A stretch of DNA of 64,000 nucleotides. Source: an uncultured Acidobacteriaceae bacterium (GTDB lineage Bacteria > Acidobacteriota > Terriglobia > Terriglobales > Acidobacteriaceae). The stretch lies in contig CAVTPN010000001.1 of assembly GCA_963736535.1 (NCBI GenBank), positions 153,789 through 217,788 on the forward strand, in the 5' to 3' direction. Position 1 is the stretch's first letter. The number at the start of each line of letters is the position of its first letter. The notes below the pieces were generated by a model that was not told the origin of the DNA, ran no database searches, and saw only the letters and a program-made list of their open reading frames with translations. Made by a program: the position numbers and the translations under genes. Positions 8,848 to 19,834 of this stretch are shown in pieces.

Positions 8848-10224
8848 TTGAAGAAAAGAAGTCTCCGGTCCTTGTGTGCCCTTTCTACGCTAGCCTGCTT
8901 TGCATTCATACTTTTGGCCGGGTGCGGCAAGAGCTATTACTTCGGTGGCCGGGCTTTGCCCCCCAGCGGAATCCTCAACCGTGTACTGATTGCGGTTCAG
9001 AATCCGGGCGCTCTGACCAAGGGCACGTTGCAGATCGTCGATGCCCATTACGACATCCGCCACAGCTTCAATAACAAAGTCTCCTCCTTCAATGTCGCGG
9101 GGTACTCGGGCGCCGATCCGCTGACTATCCAGAATATGCCCGAAGAGCAGGCCGGAGCGGTCTACGGCGCCGGCGACGGCAGCTATGCCTTATTGAATTA
9201 CGCCCAGGAAAAGCAAACCACCACCGTAACCTTGAACGGAGCGTCCTCCAGTGTGTATATCTCGCGCGACCAGAGGTACGTTTTTGCCGCCAACCAGGCT
9301 GCGCACACGCTCACGGTGCAGGACCGGAGTCTCGGTACCAGCTATGGGTTGAATCTGCCCAACGTCTTCCGCGTGTCCATCAACCCAAGTGGTTCGGCCG
9401 CCCTGGCCTTCTTGCAGGACAGCAACCTGGTCTACAGCGTTTACAAACTGCAGACGAATCAGAAGGTTCCCTCAAATGCGGAGGATTGCGAACCGCAAAA
9501 CCTGCCAGTGTACTGCCTGCTGCCGGTGCCAGGCGATTTTGACCGGCCCACCAAGGCGGTTTTCTCTCCCGATGGCACCACGGCGTTTGTGCTCAACTGC
9601 GGCCCGGAATGCGGAGGGGTGCAGGCCAGCGTCAGCTTCCTGCCGGTGGCTGGGATCATCATTCAGAGCGGCGCGCCGGTGCCGCCGGGTGCTCCGACCA
9701 ACGTGACCGCCACGGTGCCCGTTCCAGGTGGGACCACCGATGCCATTGCCAATGGAAGTCTCTTGTATCTCGCCGGCCAGCAGCTGCAACCTGACGGCTA
9801 CTTTGCCGGCTTCCTCTCGATACTCGACACCAACGCCAAGCAGGTCACGGGTTCGTACTCCATTAGCGATGGGACGCATCTGAAGATGCTATTCGCTGAC
9901 GACAATACGCTCTGGATCGGGTCGCAGCTCTGTACCCAGGGCGAACGCTACCATCAGGGCGCCACCACCAACCTCGGTTGCCTCACGATGTTCAACACTT
10001 CGAGCAATTCGGTTACGATGATCGACTCTTACAAGGGCGATGCGACCGGCATTGCCGCGGTGACCAGCCTGCACAAGGTCTATACCGCCGAGGGCGGCCA
10101 GGTGTACATCTACGACACCGTCGATGGTTCGTCTCTGGACAATTCGCAGGTGACCGTAGTCGGCACGGCTTACGATGTCGCCTACATGGACGCGCCGAGC
10201 GATGACAACAACACCACTTATTAA
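8848..10224 (+). CDS. Lipoprotein, probable beta-propeller, unknown function
   Basis: 458 aa with a TTG start. A lipobox is present (FILLAGC-GK). The body is repetitive, Ser/Thr/Gly-rich and strand-like. No catalytic motif recognised. Confidence 0.65.
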   Translation: MKKRSLRSLCALSTLACFAFILLAGCGKSYYFGGRALPPSGILNRVLIAVQNPGALTKGTLQIVDAHYDIRHSFNNKVSSFNVAGYSGADPLTIQNMPEEQAGAVYGAGDGSYALLNYAQEKQTTTVTLNGASSSVYISRDQRYVFAANQAAHTLTVQDRSLGTSYGLNLPNVFRVSINPSGSAALAFLQDSNLVYSVYKLQTNQKVPSNAEDCEPQNLPVYCLLPVPGDFDRPTKAVFSPDGTTAFVLNCGPECGGVQASVSFLPVAGIIIQSGAPVPPGAPTNVTATVPVPGGTTDAIANGSLLYLAGQQLQPDGYFAGFLSILDTNAKQVTGSYSISDGTHLKMLFADDNTLWIGSQLCTQGERYHQGATTNLGCLTMFNTSSNSVTMIDSYKGDATGIAAVTSLHKVYTAEGGQVYIYDTVDGSSLDNSQVTVVGTAYDVAYMDAPSDDNNTTY

Positions 10225-10236
10225 GCGTTTCGCGGC

Positions 10237-10959
10237 ATGAGCGGCCCTGATCCGGTCGACGTTCTGGCCATTGCCGCCCATCGCGACGACGTGGAGCAGA
10301 CCTGTGGCGGGACGCTCTTGCGCATGCATGCGCTGCAACTGCGTACGGCCATTCTCGACCTGACCCAGGGGGAAGCGGGCACCCGTGGTTCCGCGGAGGA
10401 GCGGGCAGGGAAGCCGAGGAGGCGGCCCGCATCCTATGCGTCGCCTGGCGGGGAGCGCTCGACATTCCCGATGGCCGGGTGGAAAACACCTGGGAGAACC
10501 GCATCCGGATCGTTCGCAAGCTCCGCCAGTTGCGGCCGCGGGTGGTGATCCTGCCCTACTGGCAGGGCCGGCATCCGGACCACTACAACAGCTCGGCTCT
10601 CGGGTATGAGGCCTGCTTTCTTATCTGGCTTGGCCAAAATCGAGACCGGCGAGCCGCCTTTCCGGCCGTTCAAGATCGTCTATGCCAGCCTCTATGCCGA
10701 CGTGCGGCCCAGCTTTGTGGTCGACATCACTGCCTGCATGGAAGAGCGTTTTCGCGCCCTGCTCGCCTACCGGTCGCAATATGCCGATCAGCCTGCAGGT
10801 GGGACCCTTTTTGTGCCTCACGAGGAGATCCGCGAACGCACCTTCTCCCTGGCCCGCCATTACGGCCTGCTGGGCGGCGTCCGCTATGCGGAGCCTTTCG
10901 TGCAGAAGGAAGTGGGGTTGGTCGACGACCTTACGCTGCTTCCGGTGGCATCGATCTAA
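10237..10959 (+). pseudogene. PIG-L/LmbE family deacetylase (BshB1-like), reading frame broken twice
   Basis: N-terminus in frame 1 (DVLAIAAHRDDVEQTCGGTLL...LDLTQGEAGTRGSAEERA). Middle in frame 3 (EAEEAARILCVAWRGALDIPDGRVENTWENRIRIVRKLRQLRPRVVILPYWQGRHPDHYNSSALGYEACFL). C-terminus back in frame 1 (SGLAKIETGEPPFRPFKIVYA...). Breaks lie at about 10407-10410 and 10620-10624. Frame 1 hits a stop at 10546. Confidence 0.85.
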
Positions 10960-11009
10960 AGAGACCTGCGGTTCCTCACCCACAAGAAGCAAAGCTCTAA
11001 AATGGAGCC

Positions 11010-11756
11010 ATGCAGCAAACTTGGGACGCATCCCTTTACGCCGGCAACGGCCGGTTCGTAGCGTTGCTCGCCGGCTCGCTGGTGGAGGCGCTGCAGCCGC
11101 AGGCCGGCGAACGCATCCTTGACCTGGGGTGCGGCGACGGCTTCCTTACCCGTCAGATTGCTGAATCGGGAGCTACCATGGTTGGGGTCGACTCCTCGCC
11201 GCAGATGATTGCCGCGGCCAAGGAGCGCGGGGTGGACGCGCGCTATGCCAGCGGGGAAGCGCTGCCGTTCGAGCGGGAATTCGACGCCGTCTTTTCCAAT
11301 GCGGCGCTGCACTGGATGAGCGACCAGGATGCTGTTCTTGAGGGTGTGTACCGGGCGCTCAGGCCGGGGGGCGCTTCGTGGCCGAATGTGGCGGCCAAGG
11401 AAACATCGCCGCGATTCGTGTAGCGCTGCTGGCGGTCTTGACCAACCGCGGCCTACCGGCGGAGCGCATCGAGAGCAATCGCTTCTTTAGCAGCAGCTGA
11501 GTATCGCACCCGGTTGGAGAGCCATGGCTTCCTCGTCGAGGAGATCACTCTGACGCCGCGGCCGACTCTGCTCCCTTCGGGCATGGCCGACTGGCTCCAG
11601 ACCTTCCGCCGCAGCGTGCTCGAGCAATTGCCTGTCGCCGAGCGGCCGGCCGCGATCGATCAGATCGTCGGCCTGCTCAAGCCCGTTCTATGCGATCGCG
11701 AGGGGAACTGGACTGCTGACTACGTGCGGCTGCGCTTTAAAGCGCGACGGCCCTAA
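11010..11756 (+). pseudogene. Class I SAM-dependent methyltransferase (trans-aconitate methyltransferase-like), reading frame broken twice
   Basis: Frame 3: ...ERILDLGCGDGFLTRQIA...AALHWMSDQDAVLEGVYRALRPGG. Frame 2: RFVAECGGQGNIAAIRVALLAVLTNRGLPAERIESNRFF. Frame 3 again: AAAEYRTRLESHGFLVEEITL.... Breaks lie at the G-run 11366-11371 and at about 11486-11489. Confidence 0.85.
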
Positions 11757-12496
11757 CAGGCTACGGAAAAAGTACTGCTTCGAGGGGGAATGGCAGCGTG
11801 GTCTTGCGTTCTTGCCGATGGCCGGGGCGGCCACCGGCAAGGCGAATCCGGCCCGAAGAATTGAATTCAGTTGAGAAAGATCGATCGGTCTGCCCCTTGG
11901 GGCGTGCCAGGGGCGCCGGCCCTGGGTTGCGGTTTGGTTTCAGGATGCGATGTTCCCGTCTTGGATTTCCGTCGAGGTGGCGGCTAAGTCCTTTGTTTAA
12001 CGAAGGTGCTCAAATTTTATTTTTTCCCGCCCCCATAGCTATCTAGGAGAGCGGCATTTGATGAGCAGAATTATTGGAGTCTTGGTTAGGACACTATTAC
12101 AGCTCGGGTTTACCGTCCAGAGTCCTGGGAAAAAAAGATGTGGAAGAAGGGTAGTGGAACTACGGCGAGGAAGGGCACGACTTCACAGCTCGCGTAAAAA
12201 CTCATGCTTTGTATCAGGGCCCGACGAAGAATCGGGAGGGGGGATGGGATGAGTTTCCTCAGCGCCTTCTAAAGCCGGAGTTGCTTGCAATTGCTTACGT
12301 ACGGATTGAAGTGTACCCTGCAAAAAAACCAGGGGCTAAAGCCCGTCATATTCGTAATCGTTTACGGCCCGACTAAAAGTCGTGCCCTGACACATAGCAA
12401 ATCTCAAGAGAAGCTGAATCCATCCAGCGTTTATACACGTGCTATAAAGCCCCTGCTTGACCCACCCTGTTCACGGCTATTCTGTTAGGCCTGCCC

Positions 12497-14299
12497 TTAG
12501 GAGAGTGGCTGCTGCCCGCGGTAGTTGCCTGCACCGGCCAGGGCCGCTGCCGGCCCCAGCGCGGGAAGATAGACGCGCACGGCCGCTCCGGGAAAAATGG
12601 GATCTGTGCTGTTGGTCAGCTCTATTTTGCCGCCATGCTTTTCTACGATTCCCCGGCTCACCCACAAGCCAAGACCGGTGCCCTGCTCGCCCTTGGTGGT
12701 GAAGAAGGGCTTGAAGAGTTTGACAAGATGGGCTTCTTCAATGCCGGGACCGCTGTCAGTAATCGTCACCAAAGCGCCGGGACGGCTATCCGTGGGGAAC
12801 GACGACTCGACCAGGACCTGCACCCGTCCGCCCCGCCCCGATGCTTCGGCTGCGTTGGTGATCAGATTGGTGAATACCTGCCGCAATTCACCAGGGAAAC
12901 CCTGGACGGCCGCCCCATCGCCCAGCCTCCGGTCGATCGCGATGGACTGGTCTTTCAACTGCCGGTCGAGCAGTAGCAGCACGCTTTCGAGTAGCTCGCG
13001 CAGATCCACTTCCACCGGGGCCTTCGGCTCGCGATATAGGCCGAGCATGGCGCGGCTTATCTGCAGGGTACGGTTCAGTTCCTGCTGGGCCATGGCGAGG
13101 TAGCGCTGCTGCAGAGCCGGATCGTTCTCGTTCGCCATCAGGTAATGAAGGTTGGCGACGGAGTCCAGCGGATTATGTATCTCGTGGGCAATGCTTGCCG
13201 AAAGGCGCCCGGCAACGGCTAGCTTCTCGTGTGCCATCAGGGCCTCATCTCTTCGCCGCAGGTCGGTGACATCGCGGAAGACCAGCACCACCCCGGCGAC
13301 CTCGCCCTTGGCGTCACGAATCGGGGCAGCGCTTTGATCGATCAAGTACTCGGTGCCATCCTTGGCGAGCAGCCGCAAATGATTCGTCGTTGCGGGGTCT
13401 TTAGTCTCTGCCCACGAGCCGGGGTTCTTTACCGGTTCCCGTGTTTCTTCATCGAGGGTGCAGAAGACGGTTTCGAGGCGCCTCCCCTTCGCATCCTCCA
13501 GCGTCCAGCCAGTCAGTTGTTGAGCCACCGGATTCATGAGTTCCACGCGGCGCTGCTGATTGCATGCAATTAAGGCGTCGCCCACCGATTCCAGCGTAGT
13601 CTGCAGCCATTGCCGGCTCTCAATCAGCTCATCCGCGCGCTCGTGCGCTTCTTCCAGTGAAGTTCGGTACGCCCTGGAGACTTGCCTCATATTTCGCTGG
13701 GTGTAGATGCCGAGGACGATACCAGTTCCAATGGAGGACAAGACCAGAATCGCCATCAGCGTACGAACCTGCGAGTTGGTGGACTCTACCTCCTCATCGC
13801 GCCGCTTGACCTCGATCTGGGTCATCGCGCCGATCCGGGTCCTCAAGAGGGCCATCAGCTGACCCCCGTTCAGGTCGAGCGCCGTATCCCCAAATATCTT
13901 TCCTGCCCGCAGATTGTCCAGCGCCTTACCGGCAAATCCCATCCACAGCTCATGGCTGTCGCGTATCTGGCGTAGCCGCATGAGCTGGTCAGGATCGTCA
14001 CGAACGAGGTACAGCAGGCGGTCTAAGGTTCCGTGCAACGCGCCTTCCGCATTCTGGTAGGGTTCGAGGGTGGTGGGATCGTGGGTGAGCTGGTATCCCC
14101 TGAGGCCGGTTTCCTGATCGACCACCAGCCGTTCCAACTCATTGAGCATGGCGGTGATGCGATCGGTGTGGTCAATGCGTCGCTGCTCCCGCAGTGTGCG
14201 TTGGAATTGCCAGGCCAGCACCATGGCCAGCAGCAAGAGCAGAACCAAAGGTAGCAGCACCGTGGTAACCAGGATTTGCCGGAACTGATGGAGATTCAC
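12497..14299 (-). CDS. Sensor histidine kinase with CHASE3, PAS, HisKA and HATPase domains
   Basis: 600 aa. N-terminal TM segment followed by a CHASE3-like region (ERLVVDQETGLRGYQLT), a PAS region, an H-box (SASIAHEIHNPL) and a G-box (DSGPGI...GTGLGLWVS). Confidence 0.9.
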   Translation of the reverse strand: MNLHQFRQILVTTVLLPLVLLLLLAMVLAWQFQRTLREQRRIDHTDRITAMLNELERLVVDQETGLRGYQLTHDPTTLEPYQNAEGALHGTLDRLLYLVRDDPDQLMRLRQIRDSHELWMGFAGKALDNLRAGKIFGDTALDLNGGQLMALLRTRIGAMTQIEVKRRDEEVESTNSQVRTLMAILVLSSIGTGIVLGIYTQRNMRQVSRAYRTSLEEAHERADELIESRQWLQTTLESVGDALIACNQQRRVELMNPVAQQLTGWTLEDAKGRRLETVFCTLDEETREPVKNPGSWAETKDPATTNHLRLLAKDGTEYLIDQSAAPIRDAKGEVAGVVLVFRDVTDLRRRDEALMAHEKLAVAGRLSASIAHEIHNPLDSVANLHYLMANENDPALQQRYLAMAQQELNRTLQISRAMLGLYREPKAPVEVDLRELLESVLLLLDRQLKDQSIAIDRRLGDGAAVQGFPGELRQVFTNLITNAAEASGRGGRVQVLVESSFPTDSRPGALVTITDSGPGIEEAHLVKLFKPFFTTKGEQGTGLGLWVSRGIVEKHGGKIELTNSTDPIFPGAAVRVYLPALGPAAALAGAGNYRGQQPLS

Positions 14300-14682
14300 C
14301 GGGAGCCGCCTCGCCCGTCGGGAGCATTCGCCTGCAAGAGGCCCTTCAGTTTTTCGACCAGGGTGAAGGCGCCATCCCCTTTGGTCGCCGAAACACTTAC
14401 CACCCGCATCACCTCTTCGGGGAGGGCCACATACGCCGAAAGCATCAGGATCGGCATATGGGGTTTTCGCTTGCGCAGGATCGCGGCTACCTGGCCGCCG
14501 TCCATCCCTGGCATGGCGTAATCCAGCACCACCGCGTCAACTTCCTGGGTATCGAAGATCGATAAACCAGACACCCCGTCCTTCGCCGTCAGCACGGAGA
14601 AGCCCTCACGCTCGAGAACCATCTTCCGGATCTCAAGGCCGAGATCTTCATCGTCGATACACAAGATGACTGGACGCGACAC
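14296..14682 (-). CDS. Single-domain response regulator (CheY-like receiver)
   Basis: ILCIDDEDL...VVLDYAMPGMDG...PILMLSAY... has all the receiver hallmarks. It overlaps the kinase start by 4 nt. Confidence 0.9.
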   Translation of the reverse strand: MSRPVILCIDDEDLGLEIRKMVLEREGFSVLTAKDGVSGLSIFDTQEVDAVVLDYAMPGMDGGQVAAILRKRKPHMPILMLSAYVALPEEVMRVVSVSATKGDGAFTLVEKLKGLLQANAPDGRGGSR

Positions 14683-14932
14683 GGTGTTTACCGTCCTGGG
14701 TATTGATCTACCCTAATAAATGCCACAACGCAGCCGGTGAGTGCCATGTTTGAAACTTGCTATTGACAGGAAACTCGGGGAATGCCGGGATTTCTGGCAA
14801 ATTGACAAGGATTCACCGTAGTTTTGCATTCCCTCTATCCAGTTAGGTTACGCTAAACGCATCCGCTCAGAGCGTTCTCTCCTGCCACTTAAGTGGCCGT
14901 ATCCTGAGCGGCACGAACCTGAGGAGACCCAG

Positions 14933-15655
<723 letters not shown>

Positions 15656-15691
15656 GTGTTGCCGGGGTAAACGCTGCCAACGTTCCGGCTT

Positions 15692-17509
15692 ATGAAAAAA
15701 GAGGATAGCCTCGTGACGGGCAGGGTCTTCAGCAAGCTGTTCTTCGCTTTCGTGGTGGTCCTTTTCCTGGGCATGGTGGTGCTCGATTTCTCCCTGCGCC
15801 AGGTCATGGAGCAATCCCTGCGCACGCAGGCGGAGGAGTCTCTGGTGGGCGAAGCCCGCCTGCTGGCAGCGCATATAAGCGCCTCCGGTGCTGCGTCCCC
15901 TAATACTCAGTCTTTTGACGCTCAGTCTTTGCAGCGCATGGCCCGCCTCGATGCAACCGCCACTGGTGCAGACGTTGCCATCTTTGATAGCCAGGGACGG
16001 ATGGTTGCATCCTCGCAGAGCGATGCGGGGGGAGAGGCTGAAGCGCCCGCTCCTGAGGTCGCCGCTGTCCTTTATCAACACCAGCCCCTGGGCCGCGCAA
16101 GGCGCGGGCGCAGGCTTTACGTTGCTGTCCCTGCCGGCCCCCTCGTGGTTCGCCTGGCTTACCCTTTTACCGGCGTTCCTGCGGCCGTGCACGTATTGCG
16201 ACGGGGCATTGTGCTGGCTTCGCTCCTCTCGCTGGTGGTGGCGACGCTGCTGGCGGCATGGCTGGCGCAGCGGGCCGCCAAGCGCCTGGCCCGCATCGTG
16301 GTCTTTGCCAACCGCATCGCCGCCGGGGATCTCTCCGCCCGGGTGGAAGAGGGCAATCTGGATGAGATCTCCGCAGTCGCCCACGCCCTGGACGTCACTG
16401 CTAGCCGCTTGGAGCATAGCTTTCACGCCCTGGAGAGCAGCCGCAGCGAGCTGACGGCGCTGCTGGACAGCATGCAGGAGGCGGTTATCGCCATCAACCC
16501 GCAGGGACAGGTGAGTTGGTGCAATGCCGTCATGCAGCGGATCGCGCTCAGTCCAGTGCAGGAGGGCCGTGCCCTGGTGCATTCCGTTCGGGATCCCGAG
16601 GTCCTCTCCGCGGTGGGCGCGGCCCTCACCCTGCGCCAGGCCAGCCGCCGGCGTGCCACCTCCGTTTCTCCGGGCAAGATTTTTGAGGTTAACGCTGCTC
16701 CCATGCCCGGCGGGGGCGCGGTCGCCGTGCTGCATGACGTCTCTGAAATCGAGCGTTCTGAGACCACCCGCAGGGACTTCGTGGCCAACGTGTCCCATGA
16801 ACTGCGCACTCCGCTCACCTGTATCACGGGATACGTCGAGACCCTGCTCGATGACGGCGACCTCAGCAGTCAAGCGCGCGAGTTCCTGCAGATTATTCTC
16901 AAGAACGCGGCGCGCATGAACCGTCTTACGGAAGACCTGCTAGCCCTGGCCAGCGTGGAATCCGGCGACTACAAGCTACGGCTGCAAAAAATCCAGGCTT
17001 CCCGGCTGGTCGAAGAGGCGGTTGGCTCACTGGCGGGGTTGGTGCTTGATTCAGCGGCGATCCTCGAAGTGGGCGAGACCACCGATGAACCGGTGATGGC
17101 TGATCTCGACGCCCTGAGCCAGGTCTTCGGAAACCTGGTCGAGAATGCGATGAAATACGGCAAGGCAGGCGGCCGCGTGAGGGTGGGGGCGCGCAAGCAG
17201 GAAGCGACGATCGAATTCTACGTTCAGGATTTCGGCCCCGGCATCGCGTATGAGCACCTGCCCCGTATCTTTGAGCGCTTCTACCGGGTGGATAAAGCCC
17301 GCTCGCGCGAATCCGGCGGGACTGGGCTGGGGCTGGCGATCGCAAAGCATATTGTCCAGGCCCATGGCGGGCACATTCGCGTGGAGAGCGAACTTGGGTT
17401 CGGCGCGACCTTTCTCTTTCGCCTGCCCTGCGTTGCCGATCCCGGCGCGCCCGCGCCGCCACCAGCCGGGACCATTCCGCAGCCATCTACGCAAACTGTT
17501 GAAAGATAA
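15692..17509 (+). CDS. phoR: Phosphate regulon sensor histidine kinase (HAMP-PAS-HisKA-HATPase)
   Basis: 605 aa. H-box FVANVSHELRTPLT, N/G boxes NLVENAMKYG...DFGPGI...GTGLGLAIAKH, and two TM segments flanking a periplasmic loop. Confidence 0.85.
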   Translation: MKKEDSLVTGRVFSKLFFAFVVVLFLGMVVLDFSLRQVMEQSLRTQAEESLVGEARLLAAHISASGAASPNTQSFDAQSLQRMARLDATATGADVAIFDSQGRMVASSQSDAGGEAEAPAPEVAAVLYQHQPLGRARRGRRLYVAVPAGPLVVRLAYPFTGVPAAVHVLRRGIVLASLLSLVVATLLAAWLAQRAAKRLARIVVFANRIAAGDLSARVEEGNLDEISAVAHALDVTASRLEHSFHALESSRSELTALLDSMQEAVIAINPQGQVSWCNAVMQRIALSPVQEGRALVHSVRDPEVLSAVGAALTLRQASRRRATSVSPGKIFEVNAAPMPGGGAVAVLHDVSEIERSETTRRDFVANVSHELRTPLTCITGYVETLLDDGDLSSQAREFLQIILKNAARMNRLTEDLLALASVESGDYKLRLQKIQASRLVEEAVGSLAGLVLDSAAILEVGETTDEPVMADLDALSQVFGNLVENAMKYGKAGGRVRVGARKQEATIEFYVQDFGPGIAYEHLPRIFERFYRVDKARSRESGGTGLGLAIAKHIVQAHGGHIRVESELGFGATFLFRLPCVADPGAPAPPPAGTIPQPSTQTVER

Positions 17510-17595
17510 ATGTTTGTGACCTCCGCTGGGAATGCTTTTCTCGTCATATTCATCGCTTTGTAAAGACTCGTTCACAGACACAACTGAGAATCAGG

Positions 17596-18615
17596 ATGAT
17601 TTTCCTGAGGTGGAACGTGAGAAAGACAATTTGGCTGTTGGCCGCTGCTATGAGTGCAACGGTCTGCGTGGGCCACGCGCAAAAGCTCAATGGAGCGGGA
17701 GCTACCTTCCCATATCCTATTTATTCCAAGTGGTTTAGCGAATACAGTGCTTCCCACCCCGGGGTTACGATCAATTACCAGTCGATCGGGAGCGGCGGGG
17801 GCATCCGCCAGGTTACGGCCGGAACGGTTGATTTCGGCGCTAGCGACGTCACCATGACGGACGAGCAGCTGGCCGCCTCCAAGGTCAAGATTCAGGCCAT
17901 TCCTGCCGTGCTGGGCGCAGTGGTCCCGATTTTCAACCTCGAGGGCGTCAGTGACCTGCGTATAGGGCCAGACGTCATGGCTGATATCTATTTGGGCAAG
18001 ATCTCCAAGTGGGACGATGCCCGCATAGCCAAGGACAATCCGGGAGTCAAGCTACCCTCCCAGGATATTTTTGTGGTCCACCGCTCTGACGGAAGCGGCA
18101 CCACTTTTATCTTCACCGACTATCTGTCCAAGATCAGTAAAGACTGGGCAAGCGGCCCCGGCAAGGGTGCGGCGCCGAGTTGGCCGAGGGGGATTGGCGC
18201 CAAGGGCAACGAAGGTGTTTCCGGCTTTGTCCGCCAATCGCCGGGCTCGATTGGGTATGTCGAACTCATTTACGCCTTGCAGAACAAGATTCCCTTCGCC
18301 TCGGTAAAGAGCGCGGGAGGAACCTGGATGAAGGCATCCATTGAAGGAGTGTCTGAAGCGGCCGCCAGTGTCAAGAGCATGCCAGCCGATTATCGAGTCT
18401 CCATTACCAATGCGCCCGGGAATGCCTATCCCATCTCCAGCTTCACTTGGCTCCTGATTCCGCAACCTGCTAAGGATCCAGCCAATGGGAAGGTCCTGAT
18501 CGATTTTCTCAAGTGGATGCTGCAGCATCAGAACGAGGCCAGTTCACTCTATTACGCCCCGCTCCCTGCTTCGGTAGCGCAGAAGGTCAGTGCCACCATC
18601 AACACACTTAAGTAG
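17596..18615 (+). CDS. pstS: Phosphate ABC transporter substrate-binding protein
   Basis: Signal peptide followed by GAGATFPYPIYSKWFSEY...YQSIGSGGGIRQ...GASD...HRSDGSGTTFIFTDYL, which is the canonical PstS pattern. Confidence 0.95.
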   Translation: MIFLRWNVRKTIWLLAAAMSATVCVGHAQKLNGAGATFPYPIYSKWFSEYSASHPGVTINYQSIGSGGGIRQVTAGTVDFGASDVTMTDEQLAASKVKIQAIPAVLGAVVPIFNLEGVSDLRIGPDVMADIYLGKISKWDDARIAKDNPGVKLPSQDIFVVHRSDGSGTTFIFTDYLSKISKDWASGPGKGAAPSWPRGIGAKGNEGVSGFVRQSPGSIGYVELIYALQNKIPFASVKSAGGTWMKASIEGVSEAAASVKSMPADYRVSITNAPGNAYPISSFTWLLIPQPAKDPANGKVLIDFLKWMLQHQNEASSLYYAPLPASVAQKVSATINTLK

Positions 18616-18630
18616 ACGTTCGATTCCAGC

Positions 18631-18657
18631 CAGGCGCACGCCACCGGCGTGTGCCTG
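18631..18657 (+). terminator. Hairpin between pstS and pstC (possible attenuator/partial terminator)
   Basis: CAGGCGCACGC-CACCG-GCGTGTGCCTG forms an 11-bp stem with one mismatch, followed by a T-rich ATGTTATTCT. It starts 16 nt after the pstS stop. Confidence 0.5.
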
Positions 18658-18778
18658 ATGTTATTCTGGCGCGGCAGTGATCTCTCGATTTGGTCCACGC
18701 AGCATAATCTTTTTCATTTCAAAAGGTTTGGGCGTGGCTGGTTTAACCTGAAATTCACTAAAGACCGCTACGGTATGA

Positions 18779-19831
18779 GTGGTGAACTCAGAGACTCAGG
18801 TGCCGCGAGTGGCTGGCCAGGCTGACGTGACCCAGCGAACAGAAAGCAGTCCGTCACCCGGCGCTGAGCCGTCGCCCTCTCCCGTCCGCACATATCTTCT
18901 GAATTGCGGTAACTCCTCGCTTGCCGATCGGGCTTTTAGCACGCTCATGCTGGTGTGCGCCCTCAGCATATTCGCCATCGTGGTGTTGATCCTGGTTGAG
19001 CTCATTTCCGGCTCGAAGCTCACCATTCAAAAATTCGGAATGTCGTTCTTCTTCGGTTCCGCCTGGGACCCGGTCAATGGCAACTTCGGCGCGCTGCCGT
19101 TTATCTATGGCACCGTGGTCTCGTCGATCCTGGCGCTTATTATCGCTGTGCCCCTGGCGGTTGGCGTCGCCATCTTTCTTACTGAGATGTGTCCCGACTG
19201 GCTGCGCGGCTTCCTGGCCTTCTTTACGGAGTTGCTGGCCGCTATTCCCAGCGTGGTCTATGGTCTGTGGGCGTTTTTTGTTCTGATTCCGCTGCTACGG
19301 CAATACCTAAATCCATTCCTCATCAAGACCCTGGGCTGGTCGGGGATTTTTACCGGCCCGAACTACGGTTTATCGATGTTGGCAGCGGGCGTGATTCTCT
19401 CGATCATGATTCTGCCCATCATCTCTTCTCTTACCCGCGAGGTCATCTCGGCGGTTCCCTATTCCCAGCGGGAAGCGGTGCTGGCCCTTGGAGCCACGCG
19501 CTGGGAGATGATCCGCGTGGGCGTGCTGCGCAATGCCCGCATCGGTATCGTCGGCGCTGTCATTCTCGGCCTTGGCCGCGCCCTGGGCGAAACCATGGCG
19601 GTCACCATGGTTATCGGCAACCGGCCGGAAATCTCGCGCTCTTTGTTGGCTCCGGCTTACAGCATGGCCAGCGTCATCGCCAATGAGTTCAGCGAAGCCG
19701 CCGACGACCTTTCCCGCAGTGCCTTGATTGAAATCGGGTTGGCGCTGTTTATCGTTACCATCATCGTGAATGCGCTGGCCCGGGTGCTGGTTTGGGCCGT
19801 CACTCGCGGCGCGCCGGTGAGAGGAACCTAG
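18779..19831 (+). CDS. pstC: Phosphate ABC transporter permease
   Basis: 350 aa, multi-TM, with the EAA-type loop REAVLALGATRWEMI. Position between pstS and pstA. GTG start with a long N-terminal extension. Confidence 0.9.
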   Translation: MVNSETQVPRVAGQADVTQRTESSPSPGAEPSPSPVRTYLLNCGNSSLADRAFSTLMLVCALSIFAIVVLILVELISGSKLTIQKFGMSFFFGSAWDPVNGNFGALPFIYGTVVSSILALIIAVPLAVGVAIFLTEMCPDWLRGFLAFFTELLAAIPSVVYGLWAFFVLIPLLRQYLNPFLIKTLGWSGIFTGPNYGLSMLAAGVILSIMILPIISSLTREVISAVPYSQREAVLALGATRWEMIRVGVLRNARIGIVGAVILGLGRALGETMAVTMVIGNRPEISRSLLAPAYSMASVIANEFSEAADDLSRSALIEIGLALFIVTIIVNALARVLVWAVTRGAPVRGT

Positions 19832-19834
19832 CGA

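Noticed and set aside
12058-12252. 64-aa basic ORF in the long spacer
   Set aside because: The composition is unlike neighbouring genes, there is no motif, and it overlaps the hairpin-repeat region. Kept only as part of the spacer finding.
17510-17595. Possible Pho box upstream of pstS (TCGTCAT ... TCGTTCAC)
   Set aside because: The half-sites are not spaced at the 11-nt periodicity expected for PhoB boxes, and I cannot define a consensus for this lineage from one locus.
18616-18630. GTTCGATTCC, resembling a tRNA T-loop
   Set aside because: The flanks cannot form a T-stem or acceptor stem, and no cloverleaf is possible. I found no tRNA in the window.
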